In this document: positions 30,936 to 45,974 of the stretch, piece after piece
How the letters are laid out: each line of letters starts with the position of its first letter
Position numbering within the stretch: position 1 is the stretch's first letter
Assembly: GCF_009914755.1 (NCBI RefSeq)
Contig: NC_060928.1
Strand: one strand, 5' to 3'
Source of the DNA: the human T2T-CHM13v2.0 reference genome, Homo sapiens
Length of the DNA: 64,000 nucleotides
Program-made: the position numbers and the translations under genes
Notes under the pieces: model-generated
What the model was told of the DNA's origin: nothing
What the model saw: the letters and a program-made list of their open reading frames with translations, nothing else
Databases searched by the model: none

Positions 30936-32123
30936 GTTTGTTCAGTTCTGATTAAAAGCACTCACTCCACATGTGCCAGGCACTGCAATAGGCTTTGGGG
31001 ATACAAAGGTTAATAGAAGAGTTCATGCCCTCAAAGAGCTCATTCAGTCCTAATACACCTTCAAACCGGAAGTGTCCCTGCTGACACAGAGCAAAATGAC
31101 CACTTTTATGAGCGACATGAAACTGGGAAGGGGACCCAGATATCCTCCTGTCCCCATCCCCGTCCCCCAGCACAGGGCCTGTGTCCCAGCAGCCTGCTGG
31201 TAGACCAAAGCAGCCAAGGTAAAAGGCCAATCCCGGCTCTCCCCCCAGCCAGCTTCGCACCACTCAATCTGTGGGAAATTGAGGGCATCATATTTGGACC
31301 ATGACTTACTTGTGGTTGTTTGTTTAATTGGTTTTGATGAGTTTGGTTTGCTTTTCTCTCCTTGTACGATTTGCCCATTTTCTGTCCTCGGTTTTTCCAT
31401 GTCTGAGTAATAGTCTTCTTTTGTCTTATGCCCATCCCCCGTTTTTGCCAGAGCCTTCCACCCTCCTGCCTCAGTCTCCACAGCCTGCTCCCTCGGCCTC
31501 CTCTGGGCTGGCTGTCCTGGGTCAGCGGTGAGTTCTTCTTTCTTGGGTTACATGCTTTGCGGCTTCTTTGCTGAATGCAGTCAGGGGCAGGGGCAGGGGC
31601 AGGCCCAGGGAGCTCGCCTGTCTTGCCCTACAGAGTCTTCAGCTCCCAGCTCTTAGCTTGACCCAAACGAGATACTTTCACGCATGTGTGTTACAAACTG
31701 GAGCAAAACCGCGCACTTGGCAACTAAGGAGAGTTAGCCTGCAAAGAGAAATCTGGGATGGGTGGAATCTGTGACTTCAGTTATGACGGACTTTCAGGTG
31801 AAAAAATGTGTATTTATTTTGAGTGGACCCAGATGGCAGAACAAGGATGATTGGATACAGTTGTGGAGATGTAGTTCCTGCACTATGGACAGCTGTGGGC
31901 TGTGCTCCCCGGCAAGGAAAAGGCGAGCAGCCACCCCAGAGCGCCAGTGCAGAGGCTCCCTTGGCACTAGGGTGTGGGGCAGGTGTGGGCTCCTCCACCA
32001 CAGGGCAGTGGGTGAGGAGCACCAGACCCACAGGATGGCTTCCAGGACCAGTCTGTAGCTCTTGGACTTTAAGGGCATACTGTTCTCTTTTAAAGAAAAG
32101 TTAAAACTGTGGCCTGATGCGCC

Positions 32124-32432
32124 TTTTTTTTTTTTTTTTTTGAGATGGAGTCTCATTCTGTCACCCAGGCTGGAGTGCAGTGACGCGATCTCGGCTCACT
32201 ACAACCTCTGCCTCCTGGGTTCAAGTGATTCTTCTGCTTCAGCCTCCCAAGTAGCCAGGACTGCAGGTGTCCACCACTACTCCTGGCTAATTTTTTTTCT
32301 TCTTTGTATTTTTAGTAGAGACGGGGTTTTACCATGTTGGCCAGGCTGGTCTTGAACCCCTGACCTCAAGTGATCACATGCCTCGGCCTCCCAAAGTGCT
32401 GGGATTACAGGTGTGAACCACCATGCCTGGCC
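32124..32432 (-). mobile_element. AluS
   Basis: Alu consensus, poly(T), TSD ctgatgc. Confidence 0.93.
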
Positions 32433-32726
32433 CTGATGCACTTTCAAAGTTTTCCATAACAGTGAGTTTTAAGTAGCCAAGCTCTAAATCTAAATAATTG
32501 CCCAAGGGTGATGGTTAAGGAGACTGCTGAGTGGGAAGAACAGAGAGTAGGGAGGCTTGGGAAGACCAGGTGAGGAGGAGCAGTCAGTCAGAGAAGAGCC
32601 TTGGCAGGAACTGAGGAGGGAGGCGTGGACAGCAGCATCCGTGGGAAGGAGGACTCCAGAGGCTCCTGACTTGGGTGAGGGAGCCAGCCACAGTGGGCCC
32701 TGGTCTTCCAGCCAGATGGGACCGCT

Positions 32727-34742
32727 TGCCAGAGGATCCTTGGGGTGTCACATTTCTAGCTGGAAACTTCTGTGGCTGGTGGCACCCTTGCCCAAGTTTT
32801 GCTTGGGCCCACTGGGCTTGTTCTGCCCACTCAGCCTGGCATGCTGCACTCAACTCACGCTACTGGCCTGGATCCCACACCTGCCAAGAGCGAGTCAGGC
32901 ACAGAGCAGTGAGGGGTGTGTGAGTGAGCATGGGGTCCAGCCACTGTGCAGTCAGGCACACCCGCAGCTGCTGCAAGGTGGGCAGCTCCAGTGCTGGCAT
33001 GGGCGCCCACTCTGCAAGGCTGCAGCTGGACCAGGTGCACTGCAAGCAGCTTCCACAGCTGGCACTGGGGAATGCAGTATGCCAGGAACCACAGGGCCCC
33101 AAAGAGGGAGTCCAACTCAGAAGGGGCAGGGCTCCTGCTTGTTCCTGGCCTGGGGGGCTCCCAAGTCTAGGCTCCCTGAAGGGCTGCAGCTCTTCTCTCC
33201 TTCTCTTCCCCCATAGCATGGCAAGCAAGGGGCATGTCTCAGCCCTGTTTGTGTTATACCAGCTCTTTTAGCCTTGCCATTTGACGGGTCCCAAGTTCTT
33301 GTCCTGTGACCAGGAAGAATGAGGTCTGCAGACAAGTGGAGGGTGAGCAAGAGGAAGACGAGCTTTATTGAGCGATACAACGGCTCAGAGGAGACCCGCA
33401 GGGGCAGCTCCTTTCCACAGCCAGGGTGTCACAACGAGTGTTCAGCTCCTAGCACAGAGGAGACCGTAGAGTGGGAAGCTCCTCTTGGCAGGCAGGCCAT
33501 CCTGTCATCTCTGAGGCTCTCAGCAGAGAGGAGGCCCTGGAGTGGGTTGCTCCTGTCTGCAGACGGGCCATCCCTTTGTGCCTGCAGCTCTCAGCAGAGA
33601 GGAGGCCCTGGAGTGGGCTGTTGCTCTCTGCAGGCAGGTCCTCTTGTTGTCTCCCCAGCTCTCAGCAGAGAGGAGGCCATGGAATGGGTAGCTCCTCTCT
33701 GCATCTGGTTGCCCTGATGTCTGCTCAGCTCTGGTTGAGCCTAGGGCTTTTATGGGCCTTAGAGGGGAGGAAGTGCACTGTGATTGGTACATTGGCAGTC
33801 ATGGGTAAAGGCACCAGAAGTTCCCACTCTGGTCTGCAGGACTGGCAGCCCAGTCCCCAGCCTTCAGGACCTCCCTGGCCTGAAGGTGGGGGCCTCACCA
33901 GGGACCTGCCCTCTTCCACCCAGGAACTTGTCTGCGTCCTGCTGCTATTCATGGTGTCCAGGCTATAGGTGCCAAGGGGTGCCTGCAGGCCAGTGCCAAG
34001 CTACCCTCAGCCCACCCTTGGCTTCCCTCCTATTCTCGGTGCTTAAAGTCTGGAGGGTGCTGAGGCAGCAGGGGGCTGGTGTATTAGCACTGCCCTGAGC
34101 GTGTGCACACCTGGCCAGGCTGCAACAGTGCCCAGGCTCGCCCTGACTTTACTCTGAGATCAAAGTGGACACTGACAGCAGGGAGAAGCCAGGCAGCAGA
34201 AGCAGGCACTTCCAAACCTGCGAAGGCCGGGGATGGGGCTTCCTGGGCCCCCTAGAGTGCAGAGATGCCTGGGTCTGCAGCCATGGTTTGGGTGGCTGTA
34301 GCTGCGCCTAGGAGAGGGGCTTCTCTCTGCTCCCGGCTTCCAGGAGCACAGGGATGCCTGGGTCTGCAGCCATGACTTGGGCAGCTGCATCTGTGCCCAG
34401 AGGGGTGGGGCTCCTGCCTGCTCCATGGAGCAGAAGGCCTGGATCTGCAGCTGGGACTTGGGTGGGGCTTCTGCCTGCTCTGTGGAGCAGGAGGTCTGGG
34501 TCTACAGCTGTGACTTCAGTGGCTGCAGCTGTGCCCAGGAGAGTGGGGCACCCATCTGCTCCCGGCCCGAGAGCACAGGGATGCCTAAGTCTGCAGAGAG
34601 CTACCACCCAACTCGGAAGGGGCAGGGCTCCTGCTTGTCCGCAGCTCCTGCCAGTTCCATGGAGCATGCAGCCCTGGCTGTGCCTCCCTGCTGCAGCTGG
34701 CATGATGGCACCAGCCACTTTAGATGGACCGTGGTGTCATCA
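32727..34742 (-). mobile_element. MER52-like ERV1 solo LTR (~2 kb)
   Basis: TG...CA termini, ggatccttggggtgtcac end, internal ctctcagcagagaggaggccctggagtgg repeats, AATAAA on minus strand 33369-33364. Confidence 0.8.
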
Positions 34743-36276
34743 CTGAGACCCTGTCTTGACACAGCTGTCAGGACACTCTCTAGCCACACTTGCCTTCCTG
34801 CTGCCAGTGCCGCCGTGGCTCAGGTGGCTGCAGTTCCTTGAGATGTCCCAGTGGGTCCTGGGTGAGCCCATCCAGCTGATGGGCCATGAGGCAACAGGCA
34901 AGTGGACAGGCCAGCACTGTCCCCCTTCCTCTTCTTCTGCCCCTTCAACTGCAGGCTGGAAAATTCATATGTTACCAGGAAAACAGCCGGCTACCCAGGG
35001 CTATTTACCTCAGGGGCCAAGCTTCCCGTGGGATGAGATCGTTGGGCTCAGAGAACGTGTTGAGCAAACACAGTACTTTCTGTGAGCTGGGTTAGGTTGT
35101 AAAAGCCTTACAAAGAGTAACCTAATCATCAGCACAACCAACAGAAATAGATGTTTGTTTTTTTAATCATCATTGCATTTCACAAATTAAACAGAGGGTA
35201 AGTCACTTGCCCAGTGGCACACAGCTCTCAGGTGACAGACTGGGATTTGGATCCAGGCAGGCTTGTACAGACTCCAGAGTCCCAAATATGGCTTCATCCA
35301 CAGTGTCGGAGCAGCAGCGAGGGCTCTAAGACCACCCAGCTCTCTTCCTGGCTATTTTTTCCATGCTACTCATCCCAAAACTTGATCTCACATTGCTCTG
35401 TTTCTTTCTCTGCCTCCATGCTTGATGCATTTACTTAATCTTTCGCAGGATGGGTCATTACTTTTTGCAATAGCACACTCAAAGGTAATGACCAAGATAA
35501 ATTGAAAAGAGGATTCAACAGTATTCATTGTAAGATTGAATGGGATATAAAATACGTAATCAGCACTTGTGAGGAATATCACTAGATTCTCTTCTTCCTA
35601 CTCCCCCTCCTTTTTTTTTTTTTTTTTTTTTTTTGCATTAAAACCCGGGAATTTGATGTTGATTGTGGCCTAAATGTTAAGCATATTCTGGATTTTCTAC
35701 ACCGTTCTGACACCACAGGTACTTGTTTCTTTCTCAGAAGGCAGGTGAAGCTCAGCTGTGTGGGGCTGTGCTTGGTGGCAGTGTGGGAAACGTGTGGAAC
35801 TCACCATGGTGTTAGCAGCTTTTACTAGCCGTTTGCTTGGAAAACAGTCTCCGATCTGCACTTGCACACCCACCACGATGCCTTCTCCCCATGGCTCTGT
35901 GGACACCAGGAGGTCAGGGCACAGAGGACGTGCGACTTGTGCTCCTGTCTTGCTGCACAGTCTAAAGACCTCACGTACGTTTTGAATGTTCAACCACTAT
36001 TAGAGTGAGAAATGGCATCCAAGATGCTTTTACTGAGGAACATTGACAACTGGAAAACAAATCAAGCTTGGATTCCAGGGAACACTGTCCAGATTTCCTG
36101 TTTTATGAATTTTACCATTCACTCTTAAGGCTGTTAGGTTTGAATAACTTGATAAATGATCAAGAGAAAACCATGCAGCATTATGTTCACTGCCAAGTAA
36201 TATGGACGTAGAGGATGGAAGAATTCTGTAAAACCACTTCTGGAGTTCAACATTTAACCGAGCACATTTTACTTAC

Positions 36277-36400
36277 CTGTTACCAGTGTGTCGCTTGGAA
36301 TGTCTTCTATTAGGCATTTCTCCTCACGTTCCCCTGCGTGGAAATAAAAGGCAGTTGAAAATGGAAAACCAAAACATAAAAGAAATGTTAACATTTGCAT
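36277..36400 (-). pseudogene. TMED11P: TMED11P exon 1 coding part (signal peptide + [12 protein letters not shown])
   Basis: ATG at 36400; p24alpha motif YFHxGExExKCxIE; donor G|GTAAGT at 36276 (phase 1). Confidence 0.9.
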
Positions 36401-36724
36401 TTCTGTTGCTTGAGCCACTTCTGATAATACTTTCTTTGAAATGGATCCGTTGCAAGTGCCACTGGTTAGTGGGTGTTTGTATTTCACTGGCTAATTTTGT
36501 AAAATTGATTTTTGTGAGAAGTGACACGTGGCGCTGACACTGGGCAGATACTTGCAGCAAATCCGACGAACAAGATAAAAAGGCGTAAGAATTTGGGGCC
36601 TTTCCAAGCTGATGATGCAGAGTTCTTTCTGATCCGCCACTGAAAAGATGTTGAAGCATTCTGATGGAGTGAAGAAGCTTCTAATGAAGATGGTGTCATG
36701 GAGTATGAGAAATGAGAGATGGGG

Positions 36725-37060
36725 AGGCAGGTGTAGGCAGGAGGGGAGGGAGGCTGGGTGTGGGGGTGAGGCTAGGCATGTCGAGGGGAGGCTGGGTGCG
36801 GTGGGGAGGCTAGGTGTGGGGGGGTGTGGCTGGGTGTAAGGGGTGAGTTTGGGTGTCTGGGGGGAGTCTGGGTATGTTGGGGGAGGCTGGGTGTGTGAGA
36901 GGAGTCTGGGTGTGTGAAGGGAGTCTGGGTGGGTGGGGGAGAGCTGGGTGTGTGGGAGGGAGTTTGGGTGTGTTGGGGGAGGCCGGGTGCCGGGGGAAGG
37001 CTGGGTTGGGAGGAGTCTGGGTGCGGGGGAGGTGGGTGTGGACCTGTGGGTGGGAGGAAG
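36725..37060. repeat. G-rich degenerate tandem repeat (ggggaggctgggtgt-like, ~18 bp)
   Basis: Repeated GGG runs visible in sequence. Confidence 0.8.
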
Positions 37061-39761
37061 GGAACCTGGCTAAAGTGGAACCACCTGGACTAGGAAGAGC
37101 GCGTGCCCTGAAGAGACTAAGTCTGTTTCCTCATTTAAAAAAGGAGTGAAAATCACTTAGTGATCCATTAGGTCTTTTCAGCTGCGACATCCGGTGTTTT
37201 CTCTTTAAACCTTTTATTTAAAAATGTCTGTAGACTAACAAAAAGTTACAAAAATAGTGCAGAGGTCCTGTGACCCATTCGTCAACGCCCCCAGTGCAAC
37301 GTCTTATGTGACTAATCACTGCAGGACTGCATCACGGGGACCGGGCATTTGACAGTGGCAGAGAACAGCTAGCTCGGCTGCAAAGCTCACGTGCTCACAT
37401 TTTTGCACACGCTTGTTTTTTGTATGTGAGTGCACCATCATGAGAATGCTTCAGCGAGCCCTTTTGAGCACTCTGGAAAGAAGTGGGAAGATGGAAAGAA
37501 TGCATCGTGTGGTTTGGAGCAAGTGCTGGCAGCCGAGGGCCTGGGCTGTCTGACTACACTGCTTCTCAGTGACGTGAGTGTGGACAGATCGACGGACCTC
37601 CGGGCCGTCACCCATAAGGCAGGGGCAGTGCATTGTCGCAGGGATTAGATGACACAGGCGGTGTGGGCTTCTCAGCCCTGGTCTGGTGCATAGTGGGCAT
37701 TTGGTGAAGGGTGTAGCTGTTGCTTTTCTGGTGCCAGGTGGAGCTCTGGCTGGATTCCAAGCGTGTGGCAAGGGTGACCAGGCACGCACCTGCAGCTGTC
37801 TTCATCCACGACCTGCCCTTCCTCCTACCTAAACCCAGCTCCAGTTTCAGAGCCCACCTTTTCCTTCCTCCTCAGAGACCTCTCTCCCTTCCCACTGGTC
37901 TGTTCCCTCTGCCTCAGTCTCCCAAACAGCCAATGTTTTCCTTTAGAGATGTTCTGAAGCACAATGTTGACAAGCCTAGACTCTGGGGCCACACTGTCTG
38001 GGTGTCCCTCCTCTGCCCCTTACCTCCTGTGCGATCCTAGGCAAGTTCCTTAGTTGTTCTCTGCCTCAGTTTCCTCATCTGAGAGAATAAAGAGCCCACT
38101 TTATACGGTGGCTGTAAAGACCAAATGATACTCTCTGTGTAAAGTGCTAAGAACAGTCCCTGGCACACAGTACACTCTGTGTAAGTGTTTGCCAGTGTTA
38201 TTTCATAGCCTGACATCTTGAGGGGTTGCCAGATAGGCTAGCTCCACTTCTCTACTTCCTCACACAGCTAAAAAAAACAAAACCGTCTATTCTAGAACAG
38301 TTTAAGCACATGAAACTAGAGAATTGTGTGATGAACCCCAAACTAGTTTTACTTAACCAACACACACACACCACACACACACTTTTAAAGTATGTCAGGT
38401 CAGAGGCCGTTTTCACCTATCGGCACTTCAGTATGCGTCACTAACTAGTGAGGACCTTATTAAATGAAACAGTCACCAACCATGCCATCACAGCAAGGTT
38501 AATAAGAATCCCTTCCTGTCCTCCGACACGCAGTTCACAGTCACATTTCCCTGATTGACTTAAAAGGTCTTTTTCACAGTTGATTTATTTTGATCAGTAT
38601 CTAAACAGAATCCACACATGACACTTGGTTGCTATGTCTGTTAAAACTCTTTTATTTATAGGGTCTGCCTTCCCCACACAAGTCTCTTTCTTAACCCACT
38701 AATTTGTTGGAGGCCCTGGGGCCCTTGCTCTTGGCGGCCGGCATCCCAGATGTGGTGAAAGTGTCCTCAGGTGCCGTTGGACTCAGCACACCTTCGCTGT
38801 GACTGCAAATCTCTGGGGGTTCTTTTTGAGCTCACGCCCTGATCTGGAGGTGAGGACGGGGCCTGGGCACTGACACTGATGCTCCAGAGACTGTGCTGGG
38901 AGTGGCGAGGGGTTGGCTGGCTCTTCCTCCAGCTTCCCAGATACTGGCGTGTGCAGTTAGAGTTGATGAGACTCGGGCTCAGACTTTAAGCTAGAGTTGC
39001 TGCTGAGTGCCTCCTGGTGCCTCACAGTGGAGGCCATGATGTCCAGGTGTCCTGCCTTGAGTGACCACAGCCCATCAGGGGCTCAGTGCTGTCCCCGCTT
39101 GCCCCTTGTCAGGTTCCCTCAGCCTCTGCCTGGCAGTTTTGACATCCACTCTCTCTCGATTCCTCTTTCCTCAGTGGTTGCTACAGGAGAACTTCTCACC
39201 AACTAGCTGCTTGCCCTGAAGCAGTTTGTACAGGAAAGGCCGGCCATGGGCTTGGTTCTTTCCCTAGAATTAGCAGTTTTCAAAGGAGTATGTTTGTTCC
39301 CTAACAGCCGCCATGTAACCAATGGGGATTCTTTAAAGTATCATTATGAATTCATGAGTGGCTGGGTATTTAATGCTTTTCTGATATATTGGAGTCATTA
39401 TTCTTAATACTTAAATTGCCCAACCTTTGGCCAATGGTGACCCTTCAGTTTCACTCCTGTGTCCTTTAGACAGAATAACATTCACTCTTTAATATAATAT
39501 AAAAGGCATTCACGTGAGGGGCATTTGCTTCTGCAGATCGTCATTGCCCTGAGCTTTCTCAGGGGACAGAGCTAGGAAAGGTTTTACTGTGGGCTTATTT
39601 TTAAATTAAAAAAGGAGCTCATATTCTCATGTCCAATCGAAGTGTAAGACTAAAGAGTTTTACTTAATTTCATTGAATATATACTTGTATCTCTTTTATG
39701 CCAAAAATCTACTTACTGGCATTAATACAATATATTTGCTTTATCCTTCAACATAGCTATA

Positions 39762-42434
39762 CAGGCCATACCTTGGAGACACTGCAGGTTCAGATCCAGA
39801 CCACCAATAAAGCAAACATTGCAGTAAACCAAGTCACAGAAATGTTTTTGTTTCCCAGTGCATATAAAAGTTATATTGACACTATATTGTAGTCTATTAA
39901 GTGTGTAATAAGCACTGTGTCTACAAAAAAGATGCATGTACCTTAATTAACATACTTTATTGCTAAAAAATGCTAATGATTATCTGAGCCTTCATGGAGT
40001 GGTAACCTTTTTGCTGGTGGAGGGTCTTGCCTTGATGTAGACGGCTGCTAACTGATCAGGGTGGTGGCTGCTGAAGGTTGTGGTGGCTGTGGCAATGTCT
40101 TAAAATTAGACATCAGTGAAGTTTGTCATATCAATTGATGCTTTCACAAAAGATTCCTCTGTAGCATGTGACACTTTGATAGCATTTTACCCACAGTAGA
40201 AAGTCTTTCAAAATTGGAGCCAGTCCTCTCCAACTCTGCTGCTGCTTTATCAACTAAGTTTATGGAATATTCTAAACCCTTGGTTTCATTTCAGTGTTCA
40301 TAGAATCTTCACCAGGACTAGATTCCATCTCAGTAAACTACTTTCTTTGCTCATCCATAAGAAGCACTCCTCATCAGTTCAGGTTTCAGCCTGAGATTGC
40401 AATAATTTGGTCCCATCTGCAGGCTCCACTTCTAATTCTATTTCTCTTGCTGTTTCCACCACATCTGTAGAGACTTCCTGCACTGAAGTCTTCAACTCCT
40501 CAAAGTCATCCTTGAGGGTTAAGATCAGCTTCTCCCAAACTCCTGTTCATGTTGATATTTGTATGTCCTCCCATGAATCATCAGTGTTTTGAATGGCATC
40601 TGGAATAGTGAATCCTTTCCAGAAGGTTTTCAATTTACTCGTCCAGATTCATGAGAGGAATCCCTATCTGTGGCAGCTATAGCTTTACAAGATGTATTTC
40701 TCAAATAGTAAGACTTGATAATTGAAATTTCTCCTTGATCCATGGGCTGCAGAATGGATGTTGTGTTAGCAGGCATGAAAACAACAGTAATCTCCTTATA
40801 CATTTTCATCAGAGCTCTTGGGTGACCAGCTGCATTGTCAATATTGTCAATGCATAGTAATACTTTGAAATAATCTTTTTTTTTTTTCTGAGCAGTAGGT
40901 CTCAAAAGTAGGCTTAAAATATTCAGTTAGCCATGCTGTAAACAGATGGCTGTCATCCAGGCCATGTTGTTCCATGTATAGAGCATAAGTGGAGGAGGTT
41001 TAGCATAATTATTAAGGGCCCTAAGATTTTCAGAATGGTCAATGAGGATTGGAGTCAACTTTAAGTCACCAGCTGCATTACCCCTAATGAGAGAGTTAGC
41101 TTGTCGTTTGAAGCTTTGAAGCCAGACACTGGCTTCTCTCTAGCTATGAAAGTTCTAGATGGCATCTTCTTCCAATAGAAGACTGTTTTGTCTACATTTG
41201 AAATCCACTGTTTAGTGTAGCCGTCTTCATCAATGATCTCAGCTACATCTTCTGGGTGACTTGCTGCAGCTTCTACATCAGCACTTGCTGCTTCACCTTG
41301 TTCTGTTTTTTTTTTCCCTTAAACCTCATGAACCAACCTCTGCTAGTTTCAAACTTTTCTTCTGCAGCTCCCTTACCTCTCTTAGCCTTCATAGAACTGA
41401 AGAGAAAGCCTTGCTCTGGATTAGGCTTTAGCTTAAGGGAAGGTTGTGTCCGGTTTGATCTTCTATCTAGACCACTCAAACTTTCTCCATATCAGCAATA
41501 AGGCTGTTTCACTTTATCATTTGTGTGTTTACTGGAGTGGCACTCTTAATTTCCTTCAAGAACTTTTCTTGGCTGGGCACAGTGGCTCATGTCTATAATC
41601 CCAACACTTTGAGACTGAGGCAGGAGGATTGCTTGAGGCCAGGAGTTTGAGACCAGCCTGAGCAACATAGCAAAACCTTGTCTCGACAAAAAAATACATA
41701 AAAAAAAAATTAGCTGGGCACATGCCTGTAGTCCTAGCTAGTTTGGAGGCTAAGGCAGGAGGATCCCTTGAGCCCAAGAGTTCAAGGTTACAGCGAGCTA
41801 TGATCATGCCACTGCACTCCAGCCTAGGTGACAGAGCAAAACCCTGTCTCAAAAAATAACAATACTTTTTTCTTTGTATTCACAACTTGGCTGACTGTTT
41901 GGCACAAGAGGCCTAGCTTTCAGCCTATCTCAGCTTTATGTTAATCATTTCTAGCCTTTGATTGCAAGAGAGAGATGATGGCTCCTCCTTTCACTTGAAC
42001 ACTTAGAGGCCACTGCAGGGTTACTTGTTGGCCTAATTTCATATTAGTATATCTCAGGAAATAGGGAGACTTGAGGAGAGAGAGAGAAATGAGGCAATGG
42101 ACAGTCATTGGAGCAGTCAGACCACACACAACATTTATCTACTACATTTGCCATCTTACGTGGGTATAGTTGGTGACGTCCTAAAACAATTTCAGCAGTA
42201 ACAACAAAGATCACTGAACACAGATCGTTATAACAGATATAATAATGATAAAATACACTGAAATATTGTGGCAGTTACCAAAAAGTGACACAGAGACATG
42301 AAGTGAGCACATGCTGTTGGAAAATGGCGCTGACAGACTTGCTCAATTCAAGGTTGCCTCAAACCTTCCATTTGTAAAAAGCACAGTATCTGCAAAGCAC
42401 AGTGAAGCAAAGTGCAGTAAAGTGGGGGTGTCCA
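39762..42434 (-). mobile_element. Near full-length Tigger1 DNA transposon (dead), with AluJ insertion
   Basis: TIR caggc(c)atacct with TA; transposase remnants [18 protein letters not shown] (DDE_1) and [14 protein letters not shown] (CENP-B-type HTH). Confidence 0.92.
41571..41865 (+). mobile_element. AluJ
   Basis: Diverged Alu dimer inside Tigger1. Confidence 0.9.
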
Positions 42435-42719
42435 CAAGAATTTCCAAAGAGCCACACCAACATTTGCTGCTATCAAAAAGACTACGAAATGCCATCTAAG
42501 ATTTCTTTGCCATTCTCTTTCGTCTTTTCCCGGGGACATACGCACAAAAACACCATTTAAAGTTATTGAAGTAATTATTTTCATATAAAGTATATTTCAT
42601 TTGTGTCAGTTTGTTTTCAATATTTGCAGTTTAGTCATTTTGCCTCTTTAAAGTTCACTATTTTTATTTTTGATTATGTAAAATATTTACATGGCTCAAA
42701 AATAAAATTATATGCAAGA

Positions 42720-44745
<2,026 letters not shown>

Positions 44746-44771
44746 TATGACATTATAGAATCTAGTAATAA

Positions 44772-45155
<384 letters not shown>

Positions 45156-45604
45156 AGTTATTTGAATTTGTGAACCTGAACTTCCAGCTTAGGATTTGTT
45201 TTCCTCGGCCCTGCTGATCAGCTCTCACTTTACCGCTGCTTTTCAGCTTCTCTAATTTTGCTGTTATTTTTTTCTCCATCTTTGGGGAATTTATACTTTT
45301 GTTATTGGAGAGATTTAAAATAATTTGTATTACCATTCCTCAAATCTCAGACCATCCTTTTGGGATAATTTTCCTCCACCCTGAACAACATCCTTTAGAA
45401 GTTTTTCAGGGTAATTATCTTGGTATTAAGATTCTTCAGTTTCTGTTAATCTGAAAATGTCTGCATTTTGCTCTCATTCTTAAAAGGTGTTGCTGAGTTC
45501 CCAGCTGTGGGTTGACAGTTAATTTCTCTCAACATTTCAAAAGTTATTATCTGACTGCCTTCTGACTCCCTTTGGGCTGTTAGGAAGTAGCTGTCATTCA
45601 ATAG

Positions 45605-45974
<370 letters not shown>

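Noticed and set aside
32557-34841. Many overlapping 100-220 aa ORFs
   Set aside because: All lie inside the GC-rich MER52-like LTR; no gag/pol/env motifs.
36401-36487. Upstream in-frame ATG extending TMED11P by 29 aa
   Set aside because: Homology and the signal peptide begin at 36400; the upstream ATG is probably outside the transcript or incidental.
40630-41479. TIGD1-like domesticated transposase gene
   Set aside because: The Tigger1 ORF is fragmented by stops, frameshifts and an Alu.
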